Sequence record: OZ346167.1
Length of the DNA: 64,000 nt
Direction: 5' to 3' (one strand)
From: a phage
Positions 9,373-18,746 of the stretch are shown in pieces; position 1 is the first letter of the stretch, and each line of letters starts with the position of its first letter. A program made the translations under genes and the position numbers. The notes below the pieces were generated by a model that ran no database searches, was not told the origin of the DNA, and was given only the letters and a program-made list of their open reading frames with translations.

Positions 9373-9939
9373 TCAAGATAGTTTTGCAAACTCTCCGTGG
9401 AGTTTAATAGCAGCTTCACAGTAAGCTTTATGGGCTTCTTCAGGTGTGTCATGGTAACCTAAAAACATCTTCTTACCTTTATAACTTATCTGTGCGACCC
9501 ACTTACCAGACTTCTTCTTCAGGCTTACACCCTTATAGCCTGATTTATTGGTGGATAGTTTGCTTTTATTCCAAGCACTTTGGTAGTCATATGCTTCTCT
9601 TAAGTTTACAATCCTGTTATCAAGGGAGTCTCCATTAATATGGTCAATAACACCTTTCGGCAACCTACCATACATGTACAGCCATGCGAGTCTGTGTGCT
9701 TTATGTGCTTTCTTGTCAAAATAGATAGTAATCTGCTTATGACCAGTTGAGTCAATCTGGATGCTCCCCGCTACCTGTCCTGCGTACTGACTATTAAAAA
9801 CTTTAACAGCCTTTGAGTCGCCCTCTCTACGAAGCCAAGTAAAGACCCCTGTTTCGGGGTCATAGTGTAGTAGTTCCTTTAAACGTTCTTTTGTAATCAT
9901 TTTGTCACCATTAATGCACTTCCAACCACGATTTACCAA
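9373..9939 (-). CDS. HNH homing endonuclease with AP2-like DNA-binding domain
   Basis: LHYDPETGVFTW N-terminal motif, HINGD..N HNH core, GYKGVS..GKW AP2-like tail; paralog of 19771..20262. Confidence 0.8.
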   Translation of the reverse strand: MVNRGWKCINGDKMITKERLKELLHYDPETGVFTWLRREGDSKAVKVFNSQYAGQVAGSIQIDSTGHKQITIYFDKKAHKAHRLAWLYMYGRLPKGVIDHINGDSLDNRIVNLREAYDYQSAWNKSKLSTNKSGYKGVSLKKKSGKWVAQISYKGKKMFLGYHDTPEEAHKAYCEAAIKLHGEFAKLS

Positions 9940-10465
9940 CCTTTGCTGTACCAGTTACAAGTGTTTCTTTCCTCAAACCTAAGTTTTTTGAAGCTTGTCC
10001 ATACATCCAGTCAGCAATTGCTTTCATATCATGTGTCATACCCTCTGGACATTCCCAACTATTTTCATCGTGATATGCCAGAAGTAACCTTGCTCCGATA
10101 GCTGGTTTTCGAGCATTCAGTTTTGTCAGGCCATCTTCACAGGCTTTTCTTGCTGCTAGGTTGATGGCCTCATTCTGAATCTGTGCTTCCGAACTCATCA
10201 GGAGGTAGTTCAGTAGTTTATGTGGAGATTTGCACCATATCCATGCTCCAGCGACCCTGATATAACCACCTTTAGCAATTGAAGAATTCTTCCCAAAAAC
10301 CTCTTCCAGAGCCTTTTTAGACGCCTTAAAATCGGCTTCTAAGCTATCAAGTAACTTCTTAATCTTTGGCAGACGCATATAGTAAGTTTGTTTAGTTAAT
10401 GCACCTTCCTCTGTAGAAGCTGCCTTAATGGTTTTGGCAAACTTCTCATCACCTGCACCGAACAA
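9911..10465 (-). CDS. DNA polymerase (family A), 3' exon: end of motif B and motif C
   Basis: begins (L)FGAGDEK (motif B end; T7 pol has YGAGDEK) and contains LLAYHDE (motif C). Confidence 0.8.
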   Translation of the reverse strand: MFGAGDEKFAKTIKAASTEEGALTKQTYYMRLPKIKKLLDSLEADFKASKKALEEVFGKNSSIAKGGYIRVAGAWIWCKSPHKLLNYLLMSSEAQIQNEAINLAARKACEDGLTKLNARKPAIGARLLLAYHDENSWECPEGMTHDMKAIADWMYGQASKNLGLRKETLVTGTAKVGKSWLEVH

Positions 10466-10736
10466 TACATCTGGTCAATACACTCGCAAGGTGTACCAGT
10501 TCTCTTATGAACTTCTCCGCATTTCTACGGAGTGTCGGACTATATCACGTAGTAGTAATACTACCGTTGCACTTGGGAATGGTCATTGGCTTACCACCCT
10601 ACTCTACTCAGTTCATACGTTAAGTATGCTTTTCGATAGTCTCTGAACGTTCCTCTTAAGAGGCTTCGCTGCTGATTACCATATCTTTACAGACTTAGGC
10701 TTCCAGCAATTCACAACGTTTTACATGCGCCACTGA
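10466..10736 (-). mobile_element. Group I intron (ORF-less, about 270 nt) splitting the DNA polymerase gene inside motif B; boundaries approximate
   Basis: stops in all frames; transcribed strand carries Q/R/S-like core elements AATCAGCAGC, GTTCAGAGACTA, GATATAGTCC. Confidence 0.7.
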
Positions 10737-12908
10737 CGCATAAATGCCATTTTTGGCTTTCTTACGACCTTTTGTAATCTCGTGGAGAAGTTCCTCATCC
10801 TGTGTCTCCCTACAACGAACAATATCTTCTTCCTTGTTCAGACCAAAGTAAATACTGTTCAGTGTATGCGCATCAGTCCCTGTGTAGACTTCATAGAGGT
10901 CGTTCTCAGCATCATAACGAAGATACTTGTCAGTTTCTGGATTAAGGTGCTTATCAAGATGTTTGCAATAATATCTCCCATCTTCTTGCTTGGTAAATTC
11001 TACTGACTCTTTACCTTCAGTTACTGCTTTAGTGAACTCTTTATCACCCATAAAGTTACACAGTAAAACAAGCTGTGCAGAGTTCTGGTCAACAGAAACA
11101 ATGTTAGTCCCCTCTTCACAAATCCACACTGCCCTCATAGGTGCTCCATAGACAGCAGCACCAGACGGTACGTTTACAATACCATATTGTGTCATACGTC
11201 CAGTTGAAGTACCAAACACCATTGCACCAGCACTAAGGCGACCATCAGGACGAATCTGGTTCAACCAACCTTTTTCATCATCCTTTGAGTTCTCAATAGT
11301 TCTGCGTCGGTGCATCAAAGTATAGTACTTAGCAATCTTCTGTCCAAGCTCACCTTCAATCGTATCATAAGATGATTCAGTAAGTTTTGGTGAAGTACGG
11401 ATTAAGCAAGGCTCAAGCAAGTCTGTGTATTTCTTCACAGACCAGTTATGCTCAATGTACTGTACACCTTCATGTTCAACATAACTCAAACCACACCGCT
11501 CAACCATTTCCTGCCACTTAGGATGCTTTGTAATCATCTTTTTATTGTCTTTGAAACGACAAACTTTGACAGGGCGACCATCTGAGTCTTTCTTGTAATT
11601 CCAGTCATCTGGAATCCAACCAACTGATTTCAAGTAGTCTTTAACAACTGCTACCTGAGTCATACGAGAAACTTCAAACTCAATTGGTGTATATGGTGCA
11701 TCAATCAAACCTGTGTAGCGACTTGACTCAAGTTCAAAGTGATTAACAACGTGGCTGTTATAGTACTTCACAGTTTTGACTGTTTTTACTGGCTTCCAGT
11801 CTTTGCATTTCTTACCAATCTTTGCGTTCAACTCATTGCAAATTGCACGAGCATCCTTCATTGCTACAAATCCCTCTTTGTACTCTTCACCAGTTACAGA
11901 GTTGGTTGGTGTATAGCAATTTCTCTTTTCAATGTTAAAAATCTTTGTAGTTGGCTTACCAAATGGCTTGATTTCATATGTCTGCATCTCACCGTTACGT
12001 ACCTGCTGACGATACTTTGTCTTAGGGTACTTGGTAATCCTCTTCAGCCCATCTGCATGACCGAATGCTTCAACATATTCATTCCAAGCTTTTGCAAACT
12101 CTTCTCCAGTAACTTTACCTTTGGTCTTAATAGTTGGAGGAAGATGTGGTTCAACCTCTGAAGCAAGCTCATTAGTCAACTTGTCAAGTTCCTTTACATG
12201 GAACTCCATAAGCTCTTTATCAGCTTTCCAACCATTGATAGCTTGCTGGCTCATCCAGAAAGATGTTTCTTTAGCTCGCATGTAGGTTTCATAAGTGTCT
12301 ATGCCACACTTCTTAAGCTTGAGATACTCGTTATCAAGTGCCCGTTTAGTTTTGGCGTTAATACGGATATCTTCTACGACACGAGTGAAGATTTCTGCAT
12401 TCCACACACCCCAATGCTCAATCTCTGGCTTACGAACACCAACACGAGCACCCCATGCAGCCAAACCATGAGCACCTTTATAACCCTTTGGAGTTGGCCT
12501 ATCCATCCACTGAACACGAGACTGGATAAGAGAATCCTGAAAGAAATTACCCCACGGCTTACATTTTGGATTATCAAAGTTCCATAAATCAGGTGCAATG
12601 TGATTGAAAACCCACCAGTCATAACCGAGACCATTATGGATGCAAAGACGTTTTGCCTTTAACGCAAATTCAACACCTTCACGTAAACCACCTTTGATGT
12701 ACTTAGTGTACTTGTGACCGAGGATAGGCTCATCTGTAAAGACCCATACAGGTGGCTCTTCATCGTCAGATTTATAGTCTGCAAAGGCCATTACGTGAAC
12801 TTTAGTGAACTCAAGGAGTAAACCATCAGTTTCTGTATCACCAACCAAATGTAAGTTTTTAAAATCTACGTTTTCCATTTTTACTCCCTCTAAAATCATT
12901 AACCTCAT
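10695..12908 (-). CDS. DNA polymerase (family A) with 3'-5' exonuclease domain, 5' exon (ORF runs into the intron; true exon probably ends near 10737)
   Basis: exonuclease motif VGDTETDG near N-terminus; ends ...RKKAKNGIYA at start of motif B. Confidence 0.85.
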   Translation of the reverse strand: MRLMILEGVKMENVDFKNLHLVGDTETDGLLLEFTKVHVMAFADYKSDDEEPPVWVFTDEPILGHKYTKYIKGGLREGVEFALKAKRLCIHNGLGYDWWVFNHIAPDLWNFDNPKCKPWGNFFQDSLIQSRVQWMDRPTPKGYKGAHGLAAWGARVGVRKPEIEHWGVWNAEIFTRVVEDIRINAKTKRALDNEYLKLKKCGIDTYETYMRAKETSFWMSQQAINGWKADKELMEFHVKELDKLTNELASEVEPHLPPTIKTKGKVTGEEFAKAWNEYVEAFGHADGLKRITKYPKTKYRQQVRNGEMQTYEIKPFGKPTTKIFNIEKRNCYTPTNSVTGEEYKEGFVAMKDARAICNELNAKIGKKCKDWKPVKTVKTVKYYNSHVVNHFELESSRYTGLIDAPYTPIEFEVSRMTQVAVVKDYLKSVGWIPDDWNYKKDSDGRPVKVCRFKDNKKMITKHPKWQEMVERCGLSYVEHEGVQYIEHNWSVKKYTDLLEPCLIRTSPKLTESSYDTIEGELGQKIAKYYTLMHRRRTIENSKDDEKGWLNQIRPDGRLSAGAMVFGTSTGRMTQYGIVNVPSGAAVYGAPMRAVWICEEGTNIVSVDQNSAQLVLLCNFMGDKEFTKAVTEGKESVEFTKQEDGRYYCKHLDKHLNPETDKYLRYDAENDLYEVYTGTDAHTLNSIYFGLNKEEDIVRCRETQDEELLHEITKGRKKAKNGIYASVAHVKRCELLEA

Positions 12909-12937
12909 ACATTACTGCAAAAAATTATAAAAAGCAA

Positions 12938-12961
12938 GTTGACAATGTACTTGACAAGGTG
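12938..12961 (+). promoter_or_regulatory. Conserved promoter-like motif GTTGACAATGTACTTGACAAGGTG in divergent intergenic region
   Basis: same ACTTGACAAGGTG core recurs at 29434 and 55241. Confidence 0.4.
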
Positions 12962-13135
12962 TTAATCTTTGCGAAGTGGGTTTTTACTTAAAAGGTTACT
13001 TAACAGTTTAACTATACAGATACTTTAAAACTCTTAAAAGATTATTTAATAGCTTTTAAAAAGCTTTAAAGTATAACGTATAGAATACGTTAAGATAAAA
13101 GATTAAAACTTAATAGTTACTTAAAAGAGGCTTAC

Positions 13136-13558
13136 ATGCAGAAAATGTTTGTTCACCCAGACATAGCTGACTTTGTTAGAGCTTTGCAGAAGTTGGAAGA
13201 ACTTGACATTGCTGCTCAACGGGAATATGCTCACCATCACAGGAGAATGGTTGATATACAACATGAAATAGAGTTATCTGAAAACTATGAAGATGACTTA
13301 AAATGCTCTGTATTTGAGCATATGAAAGATGTTGCTACAGCGAGACGTAAAGCTAAAGACACAGTTGCTTTACTAGATTCTCTTAAAAAGAGGTTGCAAA
13401 GTGGTACAGACCTGTGTAATCTAGCGTCACTGATTAACGATGTTGAAACTTCTTGGGATAGGCACTATTATCCACGTTCTGAAAAGACACTTGACTTTTC
13501 TTCATCCGAAAACTTAAAATGTTCTAGAAAGAAACTTAACCAACTGAGAGAGAAATAA
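13136..13558 (+). CDS. Hypothetical protein
   Basis: 140-aa ORF. Confidence 0.55.
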   Translation: MQKMFVHPDIADFVRALQKLEELDIAAQREYAHHHRRMVDIQHEIELSENYEDDLKCSVFEHMKDVATARRKAKDTVALLDSLKKRLQSGTDLCNLASLINDVETSWDRHYYPRSEKTLDFSSSENLKCSRKKLNQLREK

Positions 13559-13559
13559 T

Positions 13560-14360
13560 ATGAATATCGATGTAGAAAAGATGCTTGAAGAAAAAGGTAT
13601 TGACGAAGCATTTTTAATCAATGCCGTAGAAAGCATGGCTATGATTCTTCGTGGGAACAACTACACAGAACAGTTTATGCCTTCAAGCTATAACTTGCCT
13701 GAAGACAAGTCTGATAACGGTGCTTTTGCAGAACAGGTTAACATGATGTTGACAGACACTACACTTGCTTTAGCATCTATAGTCGTAGGTGTTGATGCTC
13801 TTGCAGAGTTCATTTTTAAGGAGATGCAGAAAAATGACTATATCTCCCTTAACTCTGAAGAAAAGGACTTATTACTGTCATTAGGTAATAATGAGTTAAT
13901 TTCCATGATAATTTCATCAACAAGTGCTGTTATGGCTGCTCTTGAGAAGCGAATGGAAGAGAAGCTGTCACGATATGAAAAACTTGATTGGGGGGTAGAA
14001 GAACTAAACCCACGAATCCAAGAAATTATCCAGCAAACTAAAGAGTCTTTGGAAGAAGCTGTTGAAAATGACTCTGTAGCTGATATAGAACCACTTCAGG
14101 TGAAAGTTGCACTGATGATTCCAGCTATCTCTACGATGATGAATATCGTTGCACTAATCCAACTTTCACAGATGATGGGTATGAGTATTGAGTTCATTGA
14201 GGAGATGACTGGTGGTGTCAGTCTGCAAGCAATCAATGATGTTTTGGTGAACATTGGTGCTTCAATCATTGAAGAAAAACTACGCATTAACTTCGGTGAT
14301 GATTTTGTGAAGCAAATCTCAGCTATGGCTGAAAAAGAGTCTGCTGAGCAACTGCACTAA
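13560..14360 (+). CDS. Hypothetical protein
   Basis: 266-aa ORF. Confidence 0.55.
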   Translation: MNIDVEKMLEEKGIDEAFLINAVESMAMILRGNNYTEQFMPSSYNLPEDKSDNGAFAEQVNMMLTDTTLALASIVVGVDALAEFIFKEMQKNDYISLNSEEKDLLLSLGNNELISMIISSTSAVMAALEKRMEEKLSRYEKLDWGVEELNPRIQEIIQQTKESLEEAVENDSVADIEPLQVKVALMIPAISTMMNIVALIQLSQMMGMSIEFIEEMTGGVSLQAINDVLVNIGASIIEEKLRINFGDDFVKQISAMAEKESAEQLH

Positions 14361-14374
14361 ATCTTTATAAATCT

Positions 14375-14402
14375 TAAAAGCCTCCTTAGTTGGGGGCTTT
14401 TT
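14375..14402 (+). terminator. Rho-independent terminator
   Basis: AAAAGCCTCC..GGGGGCTTTTT. Confidence 0.6.
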
Positions 14403-14421
14403 AGTAATTAAGGGAGATAAA

Positions 14422-15165
14422 ATGAGTAATATTATCGCATTTACTGGAAAGGCACGTTCTGGAAAAGACACCTCATGTTCTATTGTGAAGAACATCTTAG
14501 AGGATGAGTATGGCTACAATGTTGCTGTAATGGCCTTTGCAGACAACCTTAAACTATCTGCATCAAAGATATTTGACTTGACTTGGAATGACCTGTACGG
14601 TGAAACTAAAGAGACTCCACAGGTTTTTGACTTATCATACTCTGAACTGATGTTTAAAGTTACGGAAGCTATGGAGTTCACCTTCAGAGATGAACGTTAC
14701 CATATGGACTTCAAGCTTATGTCAGAGTTAACCGGACGATTAATCATGGAGCTTAAGAAGGTTGCTAAACCGACTCTATTGACACGTCTGGGGTTTAGTA
14801 AAAAGTATAAATTCTCATCAAGACAAATTCAACAGGTTTGGGGTACTGAAGTTGTCCGTAAAGTAATGGGCGACAAGTTCTGGTCTAAAGACCTTGAAAA
14901 AAGAATGGTTAGATTCCATGAAATGTGCTCACTTAGAAATCAATATGGTTTTGTATTAATCAGTGATTTAAGATTTGACTCTGAAGCTGAATGGCTGAGT
15001 AGATTTGCACACCAAACTATTGAAGTAAAAAGAGACAATGTGGACAAAGTTTCATCACATGTTTCAGAAAATGGGATTTCTACAAAATATGAGCGTGACA
15101 TTATTCATAATAATGGTACTCTTGCAGACCTTGAGAACAAGCTAAGAGCCATCATTAAAGTTTAA
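14422..15165 (+). CDS. Deoxynucleoside monophosphate kinase (T4 gp1-like)
   Basis: P-loop FTGKARSGKDT matches my recollection of T4 dNMP kinase GVKRSGKDT. Confidence 0.7.
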   Translation: MSNIIAFTGKARSGKDTSCSIVKNILEDEYGYNVAVMAFADNLKLSASKIFDLTWNDLYGETKETPQVFDLSYSELMFKVTEAMEFTFRDERYHMDFKLMSELTGRLIMELKKVAKPTLLTRLGFSKKYKFSSRQIQQVWGTEVVRKVMGDKFWSKDLEKRMVRFHEMCSLRNQYGFVLISDLRFDSEAEWLSRFAHQTIEVKRDNVDKVSSHVSENGISTKYERDIIHNNGTLADLENKLRAIIKV

Positions 15166-15173
15166 AAGAGAGA

Positions 15174-15374
15174 ATGAAGATGAGAGTAAAAGACAATTTT
15201 AAAGTTATTGACCACCGTTTAGTGGAACTCTCATCTCTTTCCAATGAGGTAATGATTGAACGTCTTAAGAGAGTTGAATCACGAAGGAAAGAGATTGCAG
15301 ATGAAATTCATGAACTGGACAAGATTGAAAATGGATTGAAGGCAGAACTACAACGAAGAGGTGCTAATGTCTAA
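15174..15374 (+). CDS. Hypothetical small protein
   Basis: 66-aa ORF. Confidence 0.45.
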   Translation: MKMRVKDNFKVIDHRLVELSSLSNEVMIERLKRVESRRKEIADEIHELDKIENGLKAELQRRGANV

Positions 15375-17352
15375 AGGTCGTAAATTGAAAGAGGCTGGTC
15401 AGTTTGTTGGTCATTGTGCATGTCCACGTTGTGGTTCATCAGATGCTGGTTCAATCTATCATCATGACGATGATTCTTATTCGATGACTTGCTTTAGTTG
15501 TAAGAAAGGTTTCCCAGAGTGGGATTTTGATAAAGGACAAATCGTGAGCACTTATTCTACTGGTTCAGACAATAAAAACCGTACTTTCCGTGGAATGGAT
15601 TTAGACGATGTAAAAGAAAACCTAGAAGCAATGGACTTGAAAGACAGGAAGATTCCTGCAAAAGTTCTTGAGCGTTTGGGTATTAAGGTTGACATTGACA
15701 GTGATGGTGAAATTGACGCACATTTCTACCCAACTTACAAACGTAATGAAGATGGTAAGCTAGAACATGTTGGCTACCGTGTTCGTCACCGTTACCCAGA
15801 AGACCATCCAAAAGAGCACCTACGTGGTAAGCTAAAAGACTTCTCAGGTGGTGTTGGAGACATTAAAGGTGAACTGGCAATGTTCGGTTCATGGATTGCT
15901 CCAGAAGGTGGTAACCGTCTATTCATCTGGGAAGGTGAGATGGAATGTGCGACCGCAATCTATATGACTTCTCTTGCGATTAAGGACAAGTCTCGTCGTA
16001 AGAATTACTGTCACGTATCTGTCCCATCAGGTGCAAACATTAAGTCTATCAAAGACAACTATCAGTACATTACATCATTTGATGAGATTTACTTGTGCTT
16101 TGATAATGATGAAGCAGGTGCTAAAGCTACCAAAGAGGCTGCTGGCATTCTCCCTATCGAGAAGGTTCGTTTATTTCAGTATCCAGAGGGTGTAAAAGAC
16201 CTTAACGAATGGTGGACAAAGTTCTATAAAGAGAAAGACACAGTTCTGGAAGGATTTAAGCAGCGTATCTACAATGCACCTCGTTACTGTCCTGCTGGTA
16301 TCAAGAACTTTGCAGATGGTTTTGAGGCAATGAAGAATCGTGGTCAGATTCCATTGATTCCTTTCCCAGAATCTTTCGGAGATTTGAACAGGCTGACTTA
16401 TGGTGGTTACGGTTTAGGTGAGATTACAACTATTGCAGCACCATCTTCAGTAGGTAAGTCAGCTTACACTCGTGAGATGATTTATTCAGCTTGGAAAGAA
16501 ACTGATTATAATATCGGTGTAATTCCTGTAGAAGATACTTACGAAGAACTTATGGAAATGCTCTGTGCAATCCACCTGAGCAAGCAGATTTCTGAGATTC
16601 CTTATGATGAACGGGATTGGGATGAATTAAAAGGAGCACACGCAGAACTATCTAAAGGCCGTCGTATCCATATCGTTGACCATCAAGGGGCAATTGACCA
16701 AGATAACCTGCTAGAGTTTGTTGACTATCTTGTTAACAGTTTAGACTGTAAGATTATCATTCTTGACCCTATCACGTTGGCTCTGTCACGTTCTGATACG
16801 GATGAAGAGGAAGTATTGTCTGAACTATTGCGTCGTTGCAAACGCTACCAGTATGCACAGGTAAACGTCTGTCACGTTCGTAAGAGTGCAGGTGGTCAGA
16901 AGGCTAACTCTGAAGGTGGGGATATCTCTGAAGAGGATATTAAAGGCTCTGGTGCGTATTTCCAGATTTCTATGAACAACATTCTGTTAATGCGTAACAA
17001 GGTTGACCCAGACCCTGTTAAGAAAAACTTGACAAAAATCAAGCTAACTAAATGTCGTCGTCACGGTAAGTCAACGGGTATTGCTGGTCATACTTGGTAC
17101 AATCCAGATACAGGACGCCTCATTAAAGCATCTGGTTGTGGAGTTGACATTGATGGTGCAGCAGAAAATATTCGCCAACAGTTTGGTATTGGTGAAGCTG
17201 AAGACCATTACGATGATTCTTTGCCACATTATGAGGATGAAGTGTTTGACCGTGAGACTGGTGAAGTCTATACTGAAGAGCAGCGTCAAAGCTCAACGAT
17301 TCCACCTGTATTAAGTGAGGATGCAGATGACTGCCCATTCGAAACTGAGTGA
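15361..17352 (+). CDS. DNA primase-helicase (T7 gp4-like)
   Basis: N-terminal Cys4 zinc finger (CPRCGS...CFSCKKG), central primase region, helicase Walker A APSSVGKS. Confidence 0.85.
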   Translation: MLMSKGRKLKEAGQFVGHCACPRCGSSDAGSIYHHDDDSYSMTCFSCKKGFPEWDFDKGQIVSTYSTGSDNKNRTFRGMDLDDVKENLEAMDLKDRKIPAKVLERLGIKVDIDSDGEIDAHFYPTYKRNEDGKLEHVGYRVRHRYPEDHPKEHLRGKLKDFSGGVGDIKGELAMFGSWIAPEGGNRLFIWEGEMECATAIYMTSLAIKDKSRRKNYCHVSVPSGANIKSIKDNYQYITSFDEIYLCFDNDEAGAKATKEAAGILPIEKVRLFQYPEGVKDLNEWWTKFYKEKDTVLEGFKQRIYNAPRYCPAGIKNFADGFEAMKNRGQIPLIPFPESFGDLNRLTYGGYGLGEITTIAAPSSVGKSAYTREMIYSAWKETDYNIGVIPVEDTYEELMEMLCAIHLSKQISEIPYDERDWDELKGAHAELSKGRRIHIVDHQGAIDQDNLLEFVDYLVNSLDCKIIILDPITLALSRSDTDEEEVLSELLRRCKRYQYAQVNVCHVRKSAGGQKANSEGGDISEEDIKGSGAYFQISMNNILLMRNKVDPDPVKKNLTKIKLTKCRRHGKSTGIAGHTWYNPDTGRLIKASGCGVDIDGAAENIRQQFGIGEAEDHYDDSLPHYEDEVFDRETGEVYTEEQRQSSTIPPVLSEDADDCPFETE

Positions 17353-17608
17353 TAGTTATAAAAGAGAGGGGTTCACACCCTTCTTTGAAGAAAAAAGTTT
17401 AAATAAATTTCAGGAAGAGTGTTTGACAAAGATTGATAGGTTCTATAGAATGCTCTACATGAAATGTGATGGCGGTGTTGAGGTAGAAGAAAAGTTCCAT
17501 CACAGTATTATCACAGTCACTATTACTATACCTGAACATAATATTGGTTGGCTGTTTATAATGAAAGAAAATGTGTTTGAATATCAAGTATATCGGAGAA
17601 TATCATGA
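17315..17608 (+). CDS. Hypothetical protein (start uncertain)
   Basis: 97-aa ORF overlapping primase-helicase 3' end. Confidence 0.3.
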   Translation: MRMQMTAHSKLSDSYKREGFTPFFEEKSLNKFQEECLTKIDRFYRMLYMKCDGGVEVEEKFHHSIITVTITIPEHNIGWLFIMKENVFEYQVYRRIS

Positions 17609-17753
17609 AACACTCTAAAGCATTTGAAAAAGTTTTTGGGGATTCCTTAAAAGCCACTGCTGGAAAACCAGCAAAGTACTATGAAGAGAAACGTGTAAGA
17701 ACTGGAAAAACTGCACGTAAAGCAGCTTCTAAAGATAAGCACAACTTCCAGTA
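17607..17753 (+). CDS. Hypothetical small basic protein (48 aa)
   Basis: short ATG ORF not in supplied track. Confidence 0.3.
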
Positions 17754-17826
17754 ATTAGTATTTGACAATAGAGTATCAACAAATTAGAATTGGTACTCTT
17801 CATAAATTGAGATAGAGGTTTAAATA

Positions 17827-18684
17827 ATGTCTAAAGTTGTTAAAATGAAAGCTCCGGTAGAGAAGTACAACGGTACTGAACGTCAAACTCTGCGTTACCT
17901 ACTGAAAGATGTCTGGTTTTATTACCTGAACACTTCACCACGTCCGGGAAAAGGTAAGTCTATTGATAAGAAATTCCCAGGAAAAGATTGTAACTACAGC
18001 GTATCAATTCTGGCAGAAGACGGTAACAAACTGTTTAAAGAGTTTACTAAGTCTAAGAAAAATCCAGAAGGCTGGGATAAAGTTACTACTGAAGCAGTTG
18101 ATGCAGATGACTTCGAAGAGAAGTTTGGTTGTAAACCACCTTTTGAAGCAGACACTTACTACATCTTGAAAGTAAGTCGTGCAGCAGCTTATAAAGATGG
18201 TGCTGTATGGACAGCTAAACAGTCATTCCCTGTAATGCTGATTGAAGAAGTAAATGGTAAGCGTGTAGCTGTTAAGCAGCCGATGAAGAAAATCAAAGCT
18301 CAAGCATCTGATAAACATGAAGATGACAAGAACTATGATGTAATTCATCCAGATATTGCAGTTGGCAACGGTTCTTTTGGTAGTGTGATTCTTTCTACTC
18401 ACTTCTACACTTTTGAGAACAATGTTCTGACAAAACCTATTCAGGAACAGTTTATCATTGACACTCTTGTACCTTACACTGGTGGTAACGGTGCTAATGG
18501 TGAGCCTGAACTGGATGAAGATGAACTGGCTATGCTTGGTCTTGACGGTGTTGAAGATAACGGTGAAATCACTGAAGAAGACGCAACAGACCATAAATCT
18601 TCGAATGATTCTGATGATGGTGATGATGAAGATTTGCCAGACCCAGATGACGAAGAAGATGAAGACTTCGATACAGAAGATTAA
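17827..18684 (+). CDS. Single-stranded DNA-binding protein (T7 gp2.5-like) with acidic C-terminal tail
   Basis: 285-aa ORF ending in D/E-rich tail ...DDEEDEDFDTED. Confidence 0.7.
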   Translation: MSKVVKMKAPVEKYNGTERQTLRYLLKDVWFYYLNTSPRPGKGKSIDKKFPGKDCNYSVSILAEDGNKLFKEFTKSKKNPEGWDKVTTEAVDADDFEEKFGCKPPFEADTYYILKVSRAAAYKDGAVWTAKQSFPVMLIEEVNGKRVAVKQPMKKIKAQASDKHEDDKNYDVIHPDIAVGNGSFGSVILSTHFYTFENNVLTKPIQEQFIIDTLVPYTGGNGANGEPELDEDELAMLGLDGVEDNGEITEEDATDHKSSNDSDDGDDEDLPDPDDEEDEDFDTED

Positions 18685-18702
18685 TCTCTAAAAGTTACTT
18701 TA

Positions 18703-18730
18703 AAGCCCTGTACTCAGTATGGGGCTTTTT
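18703..18730 (+). terminator. Rho-independent terminator
   Basis: AAGCCC..GGGGCTTTTT. Confidence 0.6.
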
Positions 18731-18746
18731 CATATGGAGAGCCATA

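Noticed and set aside
17071-17338. Short ORFs on both strands at the 3' end of the primase-helicase gene (17071..17289, 17081..17314, 17123..17338)
   Set aside because: All lie inside the well-supported primase-helicase CDS in alternative frames; no independent signals.
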